Assembly: GCA_033763315.1 (NCBI GenBank) | Contig: JANRKS010000002.1 | Location: 480,001-544,000 of the forward strand | Length of the DNA stretch: 64,000 bases | Reading direction: 5' to 3' | DNA from: Deltaproteobacteria bacterium | Lineage (GTDB): Bacteria; Myxococcota_A; Polyangia; Fen-1088 | Part shown: positions 46,060-56,781 of the stretch, piece after piece | Position numbering within the stretch: the first letter of the stretch is position 1 | Layout: the number at the start of each line of letters is the position of its first letter | The notes under the pieces: model-generated | What the model was told of the DNA's origin: nothing | Databases searched by the model: none | What the model saw: the letters and a program-made list of their open reading frames with translations, nothing else | Translations under genes and position numbers: made by a program

Positions 46060-48627
46060 ATGCCCAAGGACCTTCCCCGTCGGAAACCCGACGCTGAGGA
46101 CATGCCGACCGTTCTTCCTTTGCTGCCAGTGCGCGATCTGGTGGTGTTTCCCTACATGATCGCACCGCTGCGTGTTTCTCGCAGGATGTCGCTTGAAGCG
46201 GTCGAAGCCGCCTTGGCCAGCGAGGATCGCTTGATCTTCATCGTGGCTCAACGAGACGCTTCGGACGAAGAGCCCAATCCCAACGCTCTTTACCGCACGG
46301 GCACCGTGGGTGTCATCATGCGCATGCGTCGCCTGAGCGACGACAGCCTAAAGATTCTTGTGCAAGGGCTCTCGCGTGCGCGGGTGCAACGCTTCTTGGT
46401 CGAGCAGCCGTATTTCCAAGTACGCCTCGATCACTACGAGGACATGCGCAACCAACGCTCTGTCGAAGTGGAAGCGGTGACACGTTCGGTGCGTACGAAC
46501 GTGGAGCGCATCGCCGAGCTTGGGAAAACGTTGCAGCCTGAACTGGCGATGGTGCTGCAGAACGTGGAGGAGGCGGGCCGCATGGCCGACCTCGTGGCTT
46601 CGAATCTTACGTTGAAGCTGCCCGAAGCGCAGGCCTTGTTGGAAAACGACGATCAGGGCGCGCGGCTGGTGAAGGTCAACGAACTGCTGGAGCGCGAGAT
46701 TGGCATTCTGGAAGTCCAAAACCGCATCCAGAACCGTGCCAAGGAAGAAATGACCAAAACGCAGAAGGACTACTTTCTGCGTGAGCAGCTGCGCCAGATT
46801 CGCAATGAGCTTGGCGACACGGATGCGTTCCGTGACGAAGTCGAAGAGCTGCGCACCAAGATCGCAAAGAATGGTTTGCCTGAAGAGGCCAAAGCCGAGG
46901 CCGACAAGCAGCTTCGGCGTTTGGAAAACATGTCGCCCGAAAGCGCCGAATCGGCGGTGCTGCGCAACTACCTTGATTGGTTGGTGGAAGTTCCTTGGCG
47001 TGAGACAGAAGAATCCACGGTGGATCTGGCGGGCGCGCGCAAGATCCTGGACGACGATCACTACGATCTCGAACACATCAAAGAACGCATCATCGACTAT
47101 CTGGCCGTGCATCGCCTGCGCAGCGGCGTTCACGGGCCAATCTTGTGCTTCTTGGGCCCGCCCGGCGTCGGCAAGACGTCTTTGGGTCGATCGATTGCGC
47201 GCGCGCTCGGGCGCAAGTTTGTGCGCATCTCCTTGGGTGGCGTGCGCGACGAAGCGGAGATCCGCGGGCACCGCCGCACCTATGTGGGCGCCATGCCTGG
47301 TCGCATCGTCCAGGGCATGAAGCAAGCGGGCTCGAAGAACCCCGTTTTCCTGTTGGACGAAATCGACAAGCTGGGCTCTGACTTCCGGGGCGATCCGTCG
47401 GCGGCGTTGCTGGAAGTGTTAGACCCAGAGCAAAACCACACGTTCCGCGATCACTATTTGGGCGTGCCTTACGATTTATCGAAAGTCATGTTCATCGCCA
47501 CAGCCAACATGGCCGAAGGCATTCCGCCCGCGTTGCGAGACCGCATGGAGATCCTGCGCTTGGCGGGGTACAGCGAAGAAGAGAAGCTGGCGATCGCCGA
47601 GCGCTTCTTGGTGCCCAAGCAGGTGGGCGAATCGGGCCTCACACCTGGCGAGGTCACCATCGGCAGGGACGTGCTTCGCAAAGTGGTGTCGGAATACACC
47701 CGCGAAGCCGGCTTGCGTGAACTTGAGCGCTTAGTGGCGCAGCTGTCGCGCAAACTGGCGCGCCGGGTGGTGGAAGCCGAATCCGATCCAGCGGCGAAGA
47801 AAAAATCTCGCAGCAAGGAAGGCCTTACCGTTTCAGTGAGCGATCTGCCCGCGTTGTTGGGCCCGCCACGCTACATCGCCGATGAACAAATGGAGGCCGA
47901 TGAGATCGGCATCGCCAACGGTTTGGCCTGGACGCCTTATGGCGGCGAAGTTTTGCATATCGAAGCACAAACCATGGCCGGCAAAGGCACGCTCATTCTC
48001 ACGGGCCAACTGGGCGATGTGATGAAAGAATCGGCGCAGGCCGCCTTGTCGTATGCGCGCGCTCAGGCGCTGGCGTTGGGGCGAGGGCAGGCATTTTTTG
48101 CCGAACGTGAAATTCACATTCACGTGCCGGCCGGCGGTGTGCCCAAAGACGGACCATCTGCGGGCATCACGATCGCCACCGTTTTGATTTCAATGCTCAC
48201 CGGCATTCCGGTGCGCAAAGACGTCTGCATGACGGGTGAACTTACGTTGCGTGGTCGCGTGCTGCCGATCGGTGGCTTGAAAGAAAAGTTGCTGGCCGCG
48301 GTTCGTCTGGGTCTCAAAACAGTGATCGTGCCGGCAGGCAATGAATCTGAATTGAGCGAAGTTCCCGATCACTTGCGCGCCAAGCTCCAGATCGTGCCAG
48401 CGCGCACCATGAAAGAAGTGTTGGCGGTGGCGCTGGTTCGTCCGATCGTCCCCGTGGAAACGGCCAAGGGATCGACGAACAGCGGGGGCGGCAGCGCAGC
48501 CAAGAAGGTCAAAGCCAAGGCGCCTGCCAAAGCACCTGTGAAGGTCGCCCGCAACGGACGCCCCGTGGCGCACGCCAAGGGCAACGGGAAGTCTGCATAC
48601 CGTCGCGGCTCATCGGCCGCGCCTTAA
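46060..48627 (+). CDS. lon: ATP-dependent Lon protease
   Basis: LPLLPVRD.VVFP, GPPGVGKT, HRRTYVGAMPG, LDEIDK, PKDGPSAG, IGGLKEK. Confidence 0.98.
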   Translation: MPKDLPRRKPDAEDMPTVLPLLPVRDLVVFPYMIAPLRVSRRMSLEAVEAALASEDRLIFIVAQRDASDEEPNPNALYRTGTVGVIMRMRRLSDDSLKILVQGLSRARVQRFLVEQPYFQVRLDHYEDMRNQRSVEVEAVTRSVRTNVERIAELGKTLQPELAMVLQNVEEAGRMADLVASNLTLKLPEAQALLENDDQGARLVKVNELLEREIGILEVQNRIQNRAKEEMTKTQKDYFLREQLRQIRNELGDTDAFRDEVEELRTKIAKNGLPEEAKAEADKQLRRLENMSPESAESAVLRNYLDWLVEVPWRETEESTVDLAGARKILDDDHYDLEHIKERIIDYLAVHRLRSGVHGPILCFLGPPGVGKTSLGRSIARALGRKFVRISLGGVRDEAEIRGHRRTYVGAMPGRIVQGMKQAGSKNPVFLLDEIDKLGSDFRGDPSAALLEVLDPEQNHTFRDHYLGVPYDLSKVMFIATANMAEGIPPALRDRMEILRLAGYSEEEKLAIAERFLVPKQVGESGLTPGEVTIGRDVLRKVVSEYTREAGLRELERLVAQLSRKLARRVVEAESDPAAKKKSRSKEGLTVSVSDLPALLGPPRYIADEQMEADEIGIANGLAWTPYGGEVLHIEAQTMAGKGTLILTGQLGDVMKESAQAALSYARAQALALGRGQAFFAEREIHIHVPAGGVPKDGPSAGITIATVLISMLTGIPVRKDVCMTGELTLRGRVLPIGGLKEKLLAAVRLGLKTVIVPAGNESELSEVPDHLRAKLQIVPARTMKEVLAVALVRPIVPVETAKGSTNSGGGSAAKKVKAKAPAKAPVKVARNGRPVAHAKGNGKSAYRRGSSAAP

Positions 48628-48628
48628 T

Positions 48629-49507
48629 CTACCGCGGCCTCAACCTGTTTTGGGGCACGAGATCTGTCTGCACAACCGGCGTGTGGCGGCTGAGGCTCGG
48701 ATCCAGAAGATGGCTGGGGTTCACGTTCCCAAGCGCCGAGAGCATGCTGTTGCGAAGCGTGGGGTGTTCACTTTCCAGCTTGGTAAGCAGCGCCTTCATT
48801 TGCTTGCGCTGCGCTTGGCTTTGCGAGCCGCAGAGGTTGCAAGGCAAGATTGGGAACGCTTGCTCATCGGCATAGTGGGTGAGATCGGCCTCGCTGCAGT
48901 AGATGAGCGGGCGAATCACCACGTGTTTTCCGTCATCACTGGTGAGCTTGGCTGGCATCGACGCCAGTTTGCCTGCAAAAAACAGGTTCAACAGCAACGT
49001 TTCCAAAGCGTCGTCGCGGTGGTGACCCAACGCGATCTTGTTGCAACGGAAGTCGTCAGCGGCCCGGTACAAGATACCTCGTCGCAAACGCGAGCACAGC
49101 GAGCAGTACGTTTTGCCTTCTGGGATCTTGTCGGTCACAACCGAATAGGTGTCCTCGCTCAGAATGTGAAAGTCAGGCGTCCGCTCTTCCAGCCACACGC
49201 GCAACGGCCGACCATCGTAACCCGGGTGACCTTGATCCAAATGCACGGCCAGGAGCTCAAACCGCACGGGGGCCCGTCGCCGCAGACGTGACAGCAAAGA
49301 ATAGAGTGCATAGCTGTCCTTGCCGCCCGACATCGCCACCATGATGCGGTCGCCGTCTTCGATGAGGCCAAAGTCCATCACCGCGCGACCAAGCTCTCGC
49401 ATCAGCGGTCGCTCAGATGGCGTTTCTTTGGGCTCCCACTGTTGCCTTGACCGTGGGTCACCAGCCGGGCGGGCGTGACTGTCTTCGGTGGGTTGTGCGG
49501 TGGGCAT
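48629..49507 (-). CDS. ttcA: tRNA 2-thiocytidine(32) synthetase
   Basis: SGGKDS, CSLCSRLRRG, ALGHH.DD, IRPL, PCNLCGSQ. Confidence 0.95.
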   Translation of the reverse strand: MPTAQPTEDSHARPAGDPRSRQQWEPKETPSERPLMRELGRAVMDFGLIEDGDRIMVAMSGGKDSYALYSLLSRLRRRAPVRFELLAVHLDQGHPGYDGRPLRVWLEERTPDFHILSEDTYSVVTDKIPEGKTYCSLCSRLRRGILYRAADDFRCNKIALGHHRDDALETLLLNLFFAGKLASMPAKLTSDDGKHVVIRPLIYCSEADLTHYADEQAFPILPCNLCGSQSQAQRKQMKALLTKLESEHPTLRNSMLSALGNVNPSHLLDPSLSRHTPVVQTDLVPQNRLRPR

Positions 49508-49581
49508 GTGTGCAGCCATCGTAGCGGGCGCAGATGGGTAAGGCCAGCCGCGCGCGCCGCGTGGTACGATTACAAGGGCAC

Positions 49582-50811
49582 ATGCAGCGAGCGGGACGGC
49601 TTCCTTCACGCGGCGCTCTTTGGGGGGCAGTGATGGGGTCTGCGCTGTTACACGCCGGCCTGGCTCTGATGTTCAACGGCTGGGGCGCGTCACCGATCGG
49701 CGTTGCACCGGCCAACGTCGAGCGCCTGGCCTCGGCCTGGCGTGCGCTGGCCGTGACGCCTTCATCGGAATTGCTGCCGGGGGAAGAGCCAACGGAGGTG
49801 GCGATGGTGCCGGAGCAACAAGCGCTGCCCGAGCGTTGGCAGACACGCACGCAGGGCGACGACAACGCATCGGTGCTGGAAACGGCACCACGGGTTGCGC
49901 AAGGGCAGGATCCGCGTGCACCCGCCCATGAGGGTGGCGAGGGCAGCGGGGCCACACGGCGGGACGCATGGCGCAAAGACAACCAAGACCTGCGCGCCGA
50001 CCTCACCGACGGCTCTTCCAGCAACCGCGTGGCGCGCACACGCTTGGGCCGAACGAACACTTCGCCGCAAGCGGAGAGGCGTGAGCGCAACACGGGCATT
50101 GGCGACGTGCCTCGTACGGCGAAGGAGGCTCTGGCGCTGACCGCGGCTGTCACCAACAACGCAGGTGAAACCGATGAAGATGTGCTCGAACGCGGGCGAC
50201 GGGAGGCCCTGCGGCCCCGGGCGGGTGCCATGGCACAGACGGGGGAGGGCCCCCTGGAGGCGCGCACGGGCCAGCGCCGTTTCGACGCCGAAAAGCGGGG
50301 GCCGGCCGTAGACGTGCTGGATCAACGTTCGGCCTCGAATGAGCGGCGGCCCGGCCCCATCGATCTTGTCGCCCCTGGTACCCAAAGCGAAGGCGACAGC
50401 CCCAAAGGCGTGGGGGACACGCCAGGCGCGGTGCCCGACAAGACCCACGGCGCGTCTGCCACTCTTTACGGCGCGCCGTCGCCGTTGCCTGCGGGCCCGA
50501 AAGTGGCCATGAGTGCGCGTGAAGCTGAGCGGTTGCGCTACGAGCGGGAGATCCGCCGCCGCGCCCAATCGATGTTGGTGTTTCCCAGGAAGCTGGCGCT
50601 TGCCCTGCAACAGGGCGAAACGATCGTTCGGTTTTTGGTACGTGCAGATGGGGCCGTGTCGGGAAGCGTCGACGTGACCAAGTCAGCGGGCTTTCGCGAG
50701 TTCGACGAAGAGGCGCGGCTGGCCGTGCAGAAAGCAGCACCCTTTCCGCGAATGCCTGGTCCCCTTGTGGTGAACATGCGGTTCGTTTTTGAGAACCCAG
50801 TGCTGCGTTAG
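49582..50811 (+). CDS. TonB C-terminal domain protein
   Basis: SALLH TM anchor, long low-complexity linker, FP..A...QQG..IVRF.V..DG, SAG..FDEEA..AV.KAAPFP. Confidence 0.8.
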   Translation: MQRAGRLPSRGALWGAVMGSALLHAGLALMFNGWGASPIGVAPANVERLASAWRALAVTPSSELLPGEEPTEVAMVPEQQALPERWQTRTQGDDNASVLETAPRVAQGQDPRAPAHEGGEGSGATRRDAWRKDNQDLRADLTDGSSSNRVARTRLGRTNTSPQAERRERNTGIGDVPRTAKEALALTAAVTNNAGETDEDVLERGRREALRPRAGAMAQTGEGPLEARTGQRRFDAEKRGPAVDVLDQRSASNERRPGPIDLVAPGTQSEGDSPKGVGDTPGAVPDKTHGASATLYGAPSPLPAGPKVAMSAREAERLRYEREIRRRAQSMLVFPRKLALALQQGETIVRFLVRADGAVSGSVDVTKSAGFREFDEEARLAVQKAAPFPRMPGPLVVNMRFVFENPVLR

Positions 50812-50895
50812 AAGCGGCGGACACTTGCCAATACCGCGCTAGAATAACGGCTTAGTGATCTTCAGTCGTTCATAGCGTTCACAGCGGCTTTGGGC

Positions 50896-52134
50896 ATGCG
50901 TTCGAGAATCACTCCACCATCGCATCAGGCAGGGCCTCGGAAGCGGGCTCGCACGAGAAGCTTGGGTTTTTGGACCCTGGTTGCCTTGGTGGTTCACCTT
51001 GAGGTCGCCGTCGGGGTCATCGTGTGGGGCTACTTCTTCGCGCCTCGCAATGCCGAACTTGATCTGGCTCGCACGGGCGCTGGCACGGAGCAAGCTGTTG
51101 AGTTGTCGATGATGGACGACGAAACCGCGCGAAAGCTGCTGGCCGAAATGGAGCAAGAGGCCGAGAAAAGGCGCGAAGAAGAAATAAAGAAAGAAGAGGA
51201 ACAGAAAGAGACACCCGGTCAAGTGGTTGAGCTGGCGCGCCCACGCAACGACGAGCGTCCCGATAAGGCCAAATTTGCTGCGGAATTTGATTCCAAGGTC
51301 GACAAGCAAACCAAGAAGTTCGGTGAGCTGCGACAAGACGCTCAGATGGGCGCCACCGCGGGAACGGACAAGGTCACCACGCCGGCCAACCCCGCCTCGA
51401 CGCCCACGCCGCCCACGCCCGCGCGACCAGGCGAAGCGTCGAAGCTGTTGGCGATGCGGACGCCGGGCCCGGCGGGTAGCCCAGAGAAGCAGGCGCTGCC
51501 GGGCACAGGGCCACAAAACCTCAGCGGCCAAAGCGACGAAACCGAAGCCGGTCCACTCAATGGCGATGGCCGTGCAGAAGCCGTGGCTCCGTTGCTGCCG
51601 CAAAAACCGCCGGGTGGGGGCGCACCGCCCGGCAGTCCTGGGTCACCTGGCACGCCTGCGCTTGTGCCAAGCGTGGAGCAGGTGGCGCATGCGATTGGCA
51701 GTGGCACGCAAGATCACATCGATGATGTTGAAGACGGCGAAGAGACGGCACTCAATGCAAAGAAGTGGAAGTTCGCTTCGTTCTTCAACCGTGTGAAACG
51801 TCAGGTGCGTGATCAGTGGCGCCCGGCGGAGGAATACCGCAAACGCGATCCGACGTTTCGGATCTACGGCATGCGGGATCGCTTCACCTTGCTGCGCGTG
51901 TCGCTTAAACCCGATGGCGCCCTGGCGTCGGTGGGCTTAGAAACCGGGTCGGGCATAGACTTCTTGGACGACGTGGCGGTGGAGGCGTTCAAGTTGGCGC
52001 AACCGTTCCCGAACCCGCCGCGGCAGCTGATCGAAGATTCCGGCTTGATCAGCTTTCGGTTTGGCTTTTACTTCGAGATCGGCGGCGGTGGCGCCTCGCC
52101 CAAGATGAAGGTGTTCAAGTACAACGAGTTCTAG
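50896..52134 (+). CDS. TonB family protein (myxobacterial type)
   Basis: ALVVH TM anchor, charged coil, Pro-rich linker, FFNRVKRQV..W, SG..FLD..A.EAF..AQPFPNPP. Confidence 0.82.
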   Translation: MRSRITPPSHQAGPRKRARTRSLGFWTLVALVVHLEVAVGVIVWGYFFAPRNAELDLARTGAGTEQAVELSMMDDETARKLLAEMEQEAEKRREEEIKKEEEQKETPGQVVELARPRNDERPDKAKFAAEFDSKVDKQTKKFGELRQDAQMGATAGTDKVTTPANPASTPTPPTPARPGEASKLLAMRTPGPAGSPEKQALPGTGPQNLSGQSDETEAGPLNGDGRAEAVAPLLPQKPPGGGAPPGSPGSPGTPALVPSVEQVAHAIGSGTQDHIDDVEDGEETALNAKKWKFASFFNRVKRQVRDQWRPAEEYRKRDPTFRIYGMRDRFTLLRVSLKPDGALASVGLETGSGIDFLDDVAVEAFKLAQPFPNPPRQLIEDSGLISFRFGFYFEIGGGGASPKMKVFKYNEF

Positions 52135-52141
52135 CGGCCGG

Positions 52142-53449
52142 TTAGCTGCGGTAATCCGCGTTCTCGGTGACGTACTCGTGGCTCAGATCTGCGCCCACGA
52201 TCACCACATCCGTCGCGTGGCCGGGCCAGCTGACCTCGATCTCAACGCAGCGATCGTGAGGGGGGTATTTGACGGGCGCATAGAACATTCCCTCAGCGTT
52301 GCCCTTCGAGGTGTAAAGCTCTGTGTCTTCGAGATGGGCACGTACCAGATCATCGATTGCCGGGGTCAGGCAAAAGGCGCCGTTCGCGAACACGGCGTGG
52401 CCGCCCATAGCGACGCGCGCTTGTCGTGGGTCCAATGGCCAACCTGCGGCGCCAATCGTCTTGCCCACCGCTGCCAGTACGCGGCCCACGTTTGGATCGT
52501 TGCCGCACACCGCGGTTTTTACCAGCGGCGAATTCACGATCGCCTTGCCAATGGCTTTGGCCCAGGCCGCCTCAGGCACGCCCTTCACGGTCACGCGGAT
52601 CACGTGGTGGACGCCTTCGCCGTTGCGAACCACGTCCTCTGCGAGCCGCGCGCACACATCGTGCAGCGCTTGCTCAAACGCCGCCAGATCGGGGCAAGGC
52701 ACTTTGCCCGATGAAAGCGCCACGACCATGTCGCTGGTGCTTGTGTCACTATCGATGCTGATCGCATTGAACGTGCGATCCACCACTTCGGCCAACATCG
52801 GGCGCAGGGCCGCGCGCGGTACATCGAGATCGGTCAGCACAAACGCCAACATCGTGGCCATGTTGGGTTCGATCATGCCCGCCCCCTTGGCGATGGCCGT
52901 GATACGTCCCCCGCCCACCGTTGCCGTGCGTGCCTTGGGATAAAGATCTGTGGTCATGATGGCTTGCGCTGCGGAGGCCAAAGAACCCGCCGACAAGCTG
53001 CTGACGGCGCCGGGCAACGCCTGCACAATCGCCTCGCTGGGCAGCCGCCAACCGATGACCCCTGTGGAAGCAGGCATCACGGCCTGGGCAGGAATGTTGA
53101 GCGCTTGGCCGACGGCGTGGCACACAGCTTCCGCATCGGCCACGCCCGTGGCTGTGCCCACGTTGCTGATCTTGTTGTTGATGATGATCGCACCCACGCG
53201 CTCCTGCGCCAAACGTTGCCGGCCGATCAAAACAGGCGCGCCCGCCACAGCGTTGCGGGTAAATACGGCCGCAAAGTTGGTGGTGGGCTCATCGGCCACC
53301 AACAACGTCAAATTCATTTTCGCGGGCTTGGTGACCTCGGCGGGCACAAACTCAAACCGCGTTGTGCCTGCGCGAAAGCCTTGGGGCATCACGGCCTGTG
53401 CGGCCACGAAAGCTTGGTGCTCGCTCTCATTCGCAAACGTTTTGGTCAT
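52142..53449 (-). CDS. argJ: Bifunctional ornithine acetyltransferase/N-acetylglutamate synthase
   Basis: VFTRN, STGVIG, IMTTD, KGAGMIEPNMATML, DSDTSTSD, GNDPNVGR, ENADYRS. Confidence 0.93.
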   Translation of the reverse strand: MTKTFANESEHQAFVAAQAVMPQGFRAGTTRFEFVPAEVTKPAKMNLTLLVADEPTTNFAAVFTRNAVAGAPVLIGRQRLAQERVGAIIINNKISNVGTATGVADAEAVCHAVGQALNIPAQAVMPASTGVIGWRLPSEAIVQALPGAVSSLSAGSLASAAQAIMTTDLYPKARTATVGGGRITAIAKGAGMIEPNMATMLAFVLTDLDVPRAALRPMLAEVVDRTFNAISIDSDTSTSDMVVALSSGKVPCPDLAAFEQALHDVCARLAEDVVRNGEGVHHVIRVTVKGVPEAAWAKAIGKAIVNSPLVKTAVCGNDPNVGRVLAAVGKTIGAAGWPLDPRQARVAMGGHAVFANGAFCLTPAIDDLVRAHLEDTELYTSKGNAEGMFYAPVKYPPHDRCVEIEVSWPGHATDVVIVGADLSHEYVTENADYRS

Positions 53450-53475
53450 CGCGTAAATCCTGACGTGCGAAGGCG

Positions 53476-56337
53476 CTAGGCGCTCTCTTGGCTTTGCTCA
53501 TAGCTTTCGATCGGCGGGCACGCGCATACGAAATTGCGATCGCCAAAGACGTTGTCGATGCGGCCCACGGACGGCCAAAACTTGCGCACTTTGACCCACG
53601 CCAGAGGATAGGCGGCCTGGCTGCGAGGGTAGGGCTTGGTCCATTCGTCAGCCAGCAGCACTTCAGCGGTGTGGGGCGCGCTTTTGAGCACGTTGCCTTC
53701 GCGTGGTTGCTTGCCGCTTTCGATGTCGGCGATCTCATGTCGAATGCTGATGAGCGCGTCGCAGAACCGATCCAATTCAGCCAGCGATTCGCTTTCCGTG
53801 GGCTCGATCATCAACGTGCCCGCGATCGGGAACGACATCGTGGGTGCGTGGAAGCCGTAATCCATCAGCCGCTTCGCCACGTCTTCCACTTCTACACCGG
53901 CCGTTTTCTTGAAGCCCCGCAAATCAACGATGCACTCGTGCGCCACGCGGCCCTTGGCACCGCGGTAAACGACGGGGAAGTGGGGATTCAACCGATGCGC
54001 CATGTAGTTCGCGTTCAAGATTGCCACCTGCGTGGCTCGCCGCAAACCATCGGGGCCCATCATTGCAATGTACGCCCACGAGATCAGCAAGATGTCCGCG
54101 CTGCCCCATGGTGCCGCCGAAATGGTGCCCAGGCTTTGTTCGCCGCCCATCTTTACCAACGGGTGCCCCGGCAGGTAGGGTGCCAAGTGCGCCGCACAAG
54201 CGATCGGGCCCATGCCAGGGCCGCCACCGCCGTGAGGAATGCAGAACGTCTTGTGCAAGTTGATGTGGCACACGTCGGCGCCAAAGTCGGCCGGCCGCGC
54301 CAAGCCCACAAGCGCGTTCAAGTTTGCGCCGTCCATGTACACCTGCCCACCGTGTTTGTGGATGGTGGTGCAGATGCTGCGGATCTCTTCCTCGAACACA
54401 CCGTGCGTGGACGGGTACGTGATCATCAGCGCCGCAAGATTCGCCGCATGCTTTTCGGCCTTTTCAGCCAAATCCGCCAAATCCACGTTGCCTTGATCAT
54501 CGCATTTGACGAGCGCCACGTGATAACCCGCCATCACCGCTGAGGCGGGGTTGGTGCCGTGAGCGGATGTGGGAATCAAACAGATGTTGCGGTGGCCTTC
54601 GCCGCGCCTTTCGTGGTACTCGCGAATCACCAGCAGGCCTGCCAATTCACCTTGCGAGCCCGCGTTCGGTTGCAAGGACACGCCCGAAAAGCCCGTGACA
54701 GCACAAAGCGCGGCTTCCAGCTGCTTGAAGATCTCTTGGTAACCCAATGACTGCTCAAGCGGCACAAAAGGATGCAGCTTGCACCACGCCGGCCACGTGA
54801 TCGGCATCATCTCGGCGGTGGCGTTCAGCTTCATCGTGCACGACCCCAGCGCGATCATTGAATGCGTGAGCGATAGATCGCGCGATTCAAGCTGCCGAAT
54901 GTAACGCAGCATCTCCGTTTCAGAGTGATGGCTGCTGAACACAGGGTGCGTGAGGAAGGCGCTCTTGCGTTGCAAAGCGTCTGGCAAACCGGGCAGGGGC
55001 GCTGCCGCTTCCGTGACATCGCAACCGAAGATCGCCGCCACGTCAGCCAAATCTTGGTTGGTGGTGGTCTCGTCCAACGCCACGCCCAAGCTGGTGGCCG
55101 AGTGCACGCGCAAGTTAATGCGGCGCTTGCGCGCTTCTTCATGAAACCGCGCGATGTCCGCAGCGGTGCCATCCACCCGCAGCGTATCGAATACGGGCCC
55201 CGTGGCCACGGCGATGCCTTTGCGCAGCAGCGCCGCACGCAAGGTGGCCGTCAGTTGGGCCACGCGCAAGGCGATGCCGCGCAAGCCTTCGGGACCGTGA
55301 TAAACGGCGTACATGCTGGCCATCACAGCCAACAGCACCTGAGCTGTGCAGATGTTGCTCGTGGCCTTTTCGCGGCGGATGTGTTGCTCACGCGTTTGCA
55401 ACGACATGCGGAAAGCCCGCTTGCCTTGTGCGTCTTTCGACACGCCGATCAAACGGCCCGGCATCTTGCGTGTGTGCTCCGCACGTGTGGCAAAGAAGGC
55501 GGCGTGCGGGCCGCCATAGCCCATCGGAACGCCGAAGCGTTGCGCGCTTCCCAAGGCCACGTCGGCGCCCAATTCACCGGGCGGGGTCAGCAACGTGAGC
55601 GCCAACAGATCACAGGCCATCGCCACGTGAGCCCGTGCCGCGTGGGCGCGTTCGATGAACGCGCGGTAATCCACCACCTGCCCGTCGGTGTTCGGGTACT
55701 GCAACAGCGCGCCGAAGACCTTGTCGGAAAAGTCGTACGTCTGTGGATCGCCCACAACGATTTTGAAGCCGCGCGGTTTGGCGCGCGTTTGCACCACGGC
55801 GATCGTCTGCGGGTGGCAGCTGGCAGCCACGAAGAATGTGTCGGCGCCTTCCACTTCACAAACATCGGCCAGCATCTGCATGGCCTCGCCCGCGGCCGTG
55901 CCTTCGTCCAACAGCGACGCGCCCGCCACGTCAAGGCCCGTCAGATCCATCACCATCTGCTGAAAGTTCACCAGGGCTTCAAGACGCCCTTGTGAGATCT
56001 CTGCTTGATAGGGTGTGTACTGCGTGTACCAGCCTGGGTTCTCAAGGATGTTGCGTTGGATGACAGGAGGCGTGAAGCAATCGTAATACCCCGCGCCGAT
56101 GTATGAGCGGAACACTTGGTTCTTCGCCGCCAGCGCCTCAAGCAACGCCAGGGCTTCCGCCTCGCTGCGTGCCCCTGGCAGATCCATCAAGCCATCGAAA
56201 CGAATCGCCGCTGGCACCGCTTCATTCGCCAGCGCCTCCAAACTGGGCGAGCCCAGCGCGCGCAACATCGAATCAACTTCGGTGCTGCGGGGGCCAATGT
56301 GACGGTCAACAAATCGTGCGATGGAGGCGCTGTTCAT
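53476..56337 (-). CDS. gcvP: Glycine dehydrogenase (decarboxylating)
   Basis: [54 protein letters not shown]. Confidence 0.98.
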   Translation of the reverse strand: MNSASIARFVDRHIGPRSTEVDSMLRALGSPSLEALANEAVPAAIRFDGLMDLPGARSEAEALALLEALAAKNQVFRSYIGAGYYDCFTPPVIQRNILENPGWYTQYTPYQAEISQGRLEALVNFQQMVMDLTGLDVAGASLLDEGTAAGEAMQMLADVCEVEGADTFFVAASCHPQTIAVVQTRAKPRGFKIVVGDPQTYDFSDKVFGALLQYPNTDGQVVDYRAFIERAHAARAHVAMACDLLALTLLTPPGELGADVALGSAQRFGVPMGYGGPHAAFFATRAEHTRKMPGRLIGVSKDAQGKRAFRMSLQTREQHIRREKATSNICTAQVLLAVMASMYAVYHGPEGLRGIALRVAQLTATLRAALLRKGIAVATGPVFDTLRVDGTAADIARFHEEARKRRINLRVHSATSLGVALDETTTNQDLADVAAIFGCDVTEAAAPLPGLPDALQRKSAFLTHPVFSSHHSETEMLRYIRQLESRDLSLTHSMIALGSCTMKLNATAEMMPITWPAWCKLHPFVPLEQSLGYQEIFKQLEAALCAVTGFSGVSLQPNAGSQGELAGLLVIREYHERRGEGHRNICLIPTSAHGTNPASAVMAGYHVALVKCDDQGNVDLADLAEKAEKHAANLAALMITYPSTHGVFEEEIRSICTTIHKHGGQVYMDGANLNALVGLARPADFGADVCHINLHKTFCIPHGGGGPGMGPIACAAHLAPYLPGHPLVKMGGEQSLGTISAAPWGSADILLISWAYIAMMGPDGLRRATQVAILNANYMAHRLNPHFPVVYRGAKGRVAHECIVDLRGFKKTAGVEVEDVAKRLMDYGFHAPTMSFPIAGTLMIEPTESESLAELDRFCDALISIRHEIADIESGKQPREGNVLKSAPHTAEVLLADEWTKPYPRSQAAYPLAWVKVRKFWPSVGRIDNVFGDRNFVCACPPIESYEQSQESA

Positions 56338-56363
56338 TTAGGTGTTTCGGATGCGTGGTGGAG

Positions 56364-56759
56364 CTAATCCGCGCTTTCGCGGATGAAGGACGCGTAGGCG
56401 GCGGGTTGCATAAGCTTGGCCGTTTCGGCCGGCACTGTCAGCTCGATTTGGATCAACCAGCCCTGATCGTAAGGATCTTCATTGACGTACTCGGGAGAAT
56501 CGCCAAGCGGTGTGTTCACCTTGACGACTTTGCCCGTAAGCGGCGCGAACAGATCGGAGACGGCTTTGACCGATTCCACCGAGCCGAACACTTCGCCTTG
56601 CTTCACCGACTCGCCCTCGCGAGGCAGGTCCACCTGGGTAACGTCACCCAATTGCTCGACCGCGAACTGCGTGATCCCCACGGTCGCCATGTTCCCTTCA
56701 ATGCGGGCCCACTCGTGGTCTTCCGTGTACAACAGGTCACTCGGGTAATTGTCGCTCAT
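56364..56759 (-). CDS. gcvH: Glycine cleavage system H protein
   Basis: HEW, GIT.FA..QLGD, VESVKA (lipoyl-Lys), N.DPY..GW. Confidence 0.97.
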   Translation of the reverse strand: MSDNYPSDLLYTEDHEWARIEGNMATVGITQFAVEQLGDVTQVDLPREGESVKQGEVFGSVESVKAVSDLFAPLTGKVVKVNTPLGDSPEYVNEDPYDQGWLIQIELTVPAETAKLMQPAAYASFIRESAD

Positions 56760-56781
56760 CGATGCAGGCTCCTTGTTTTCA

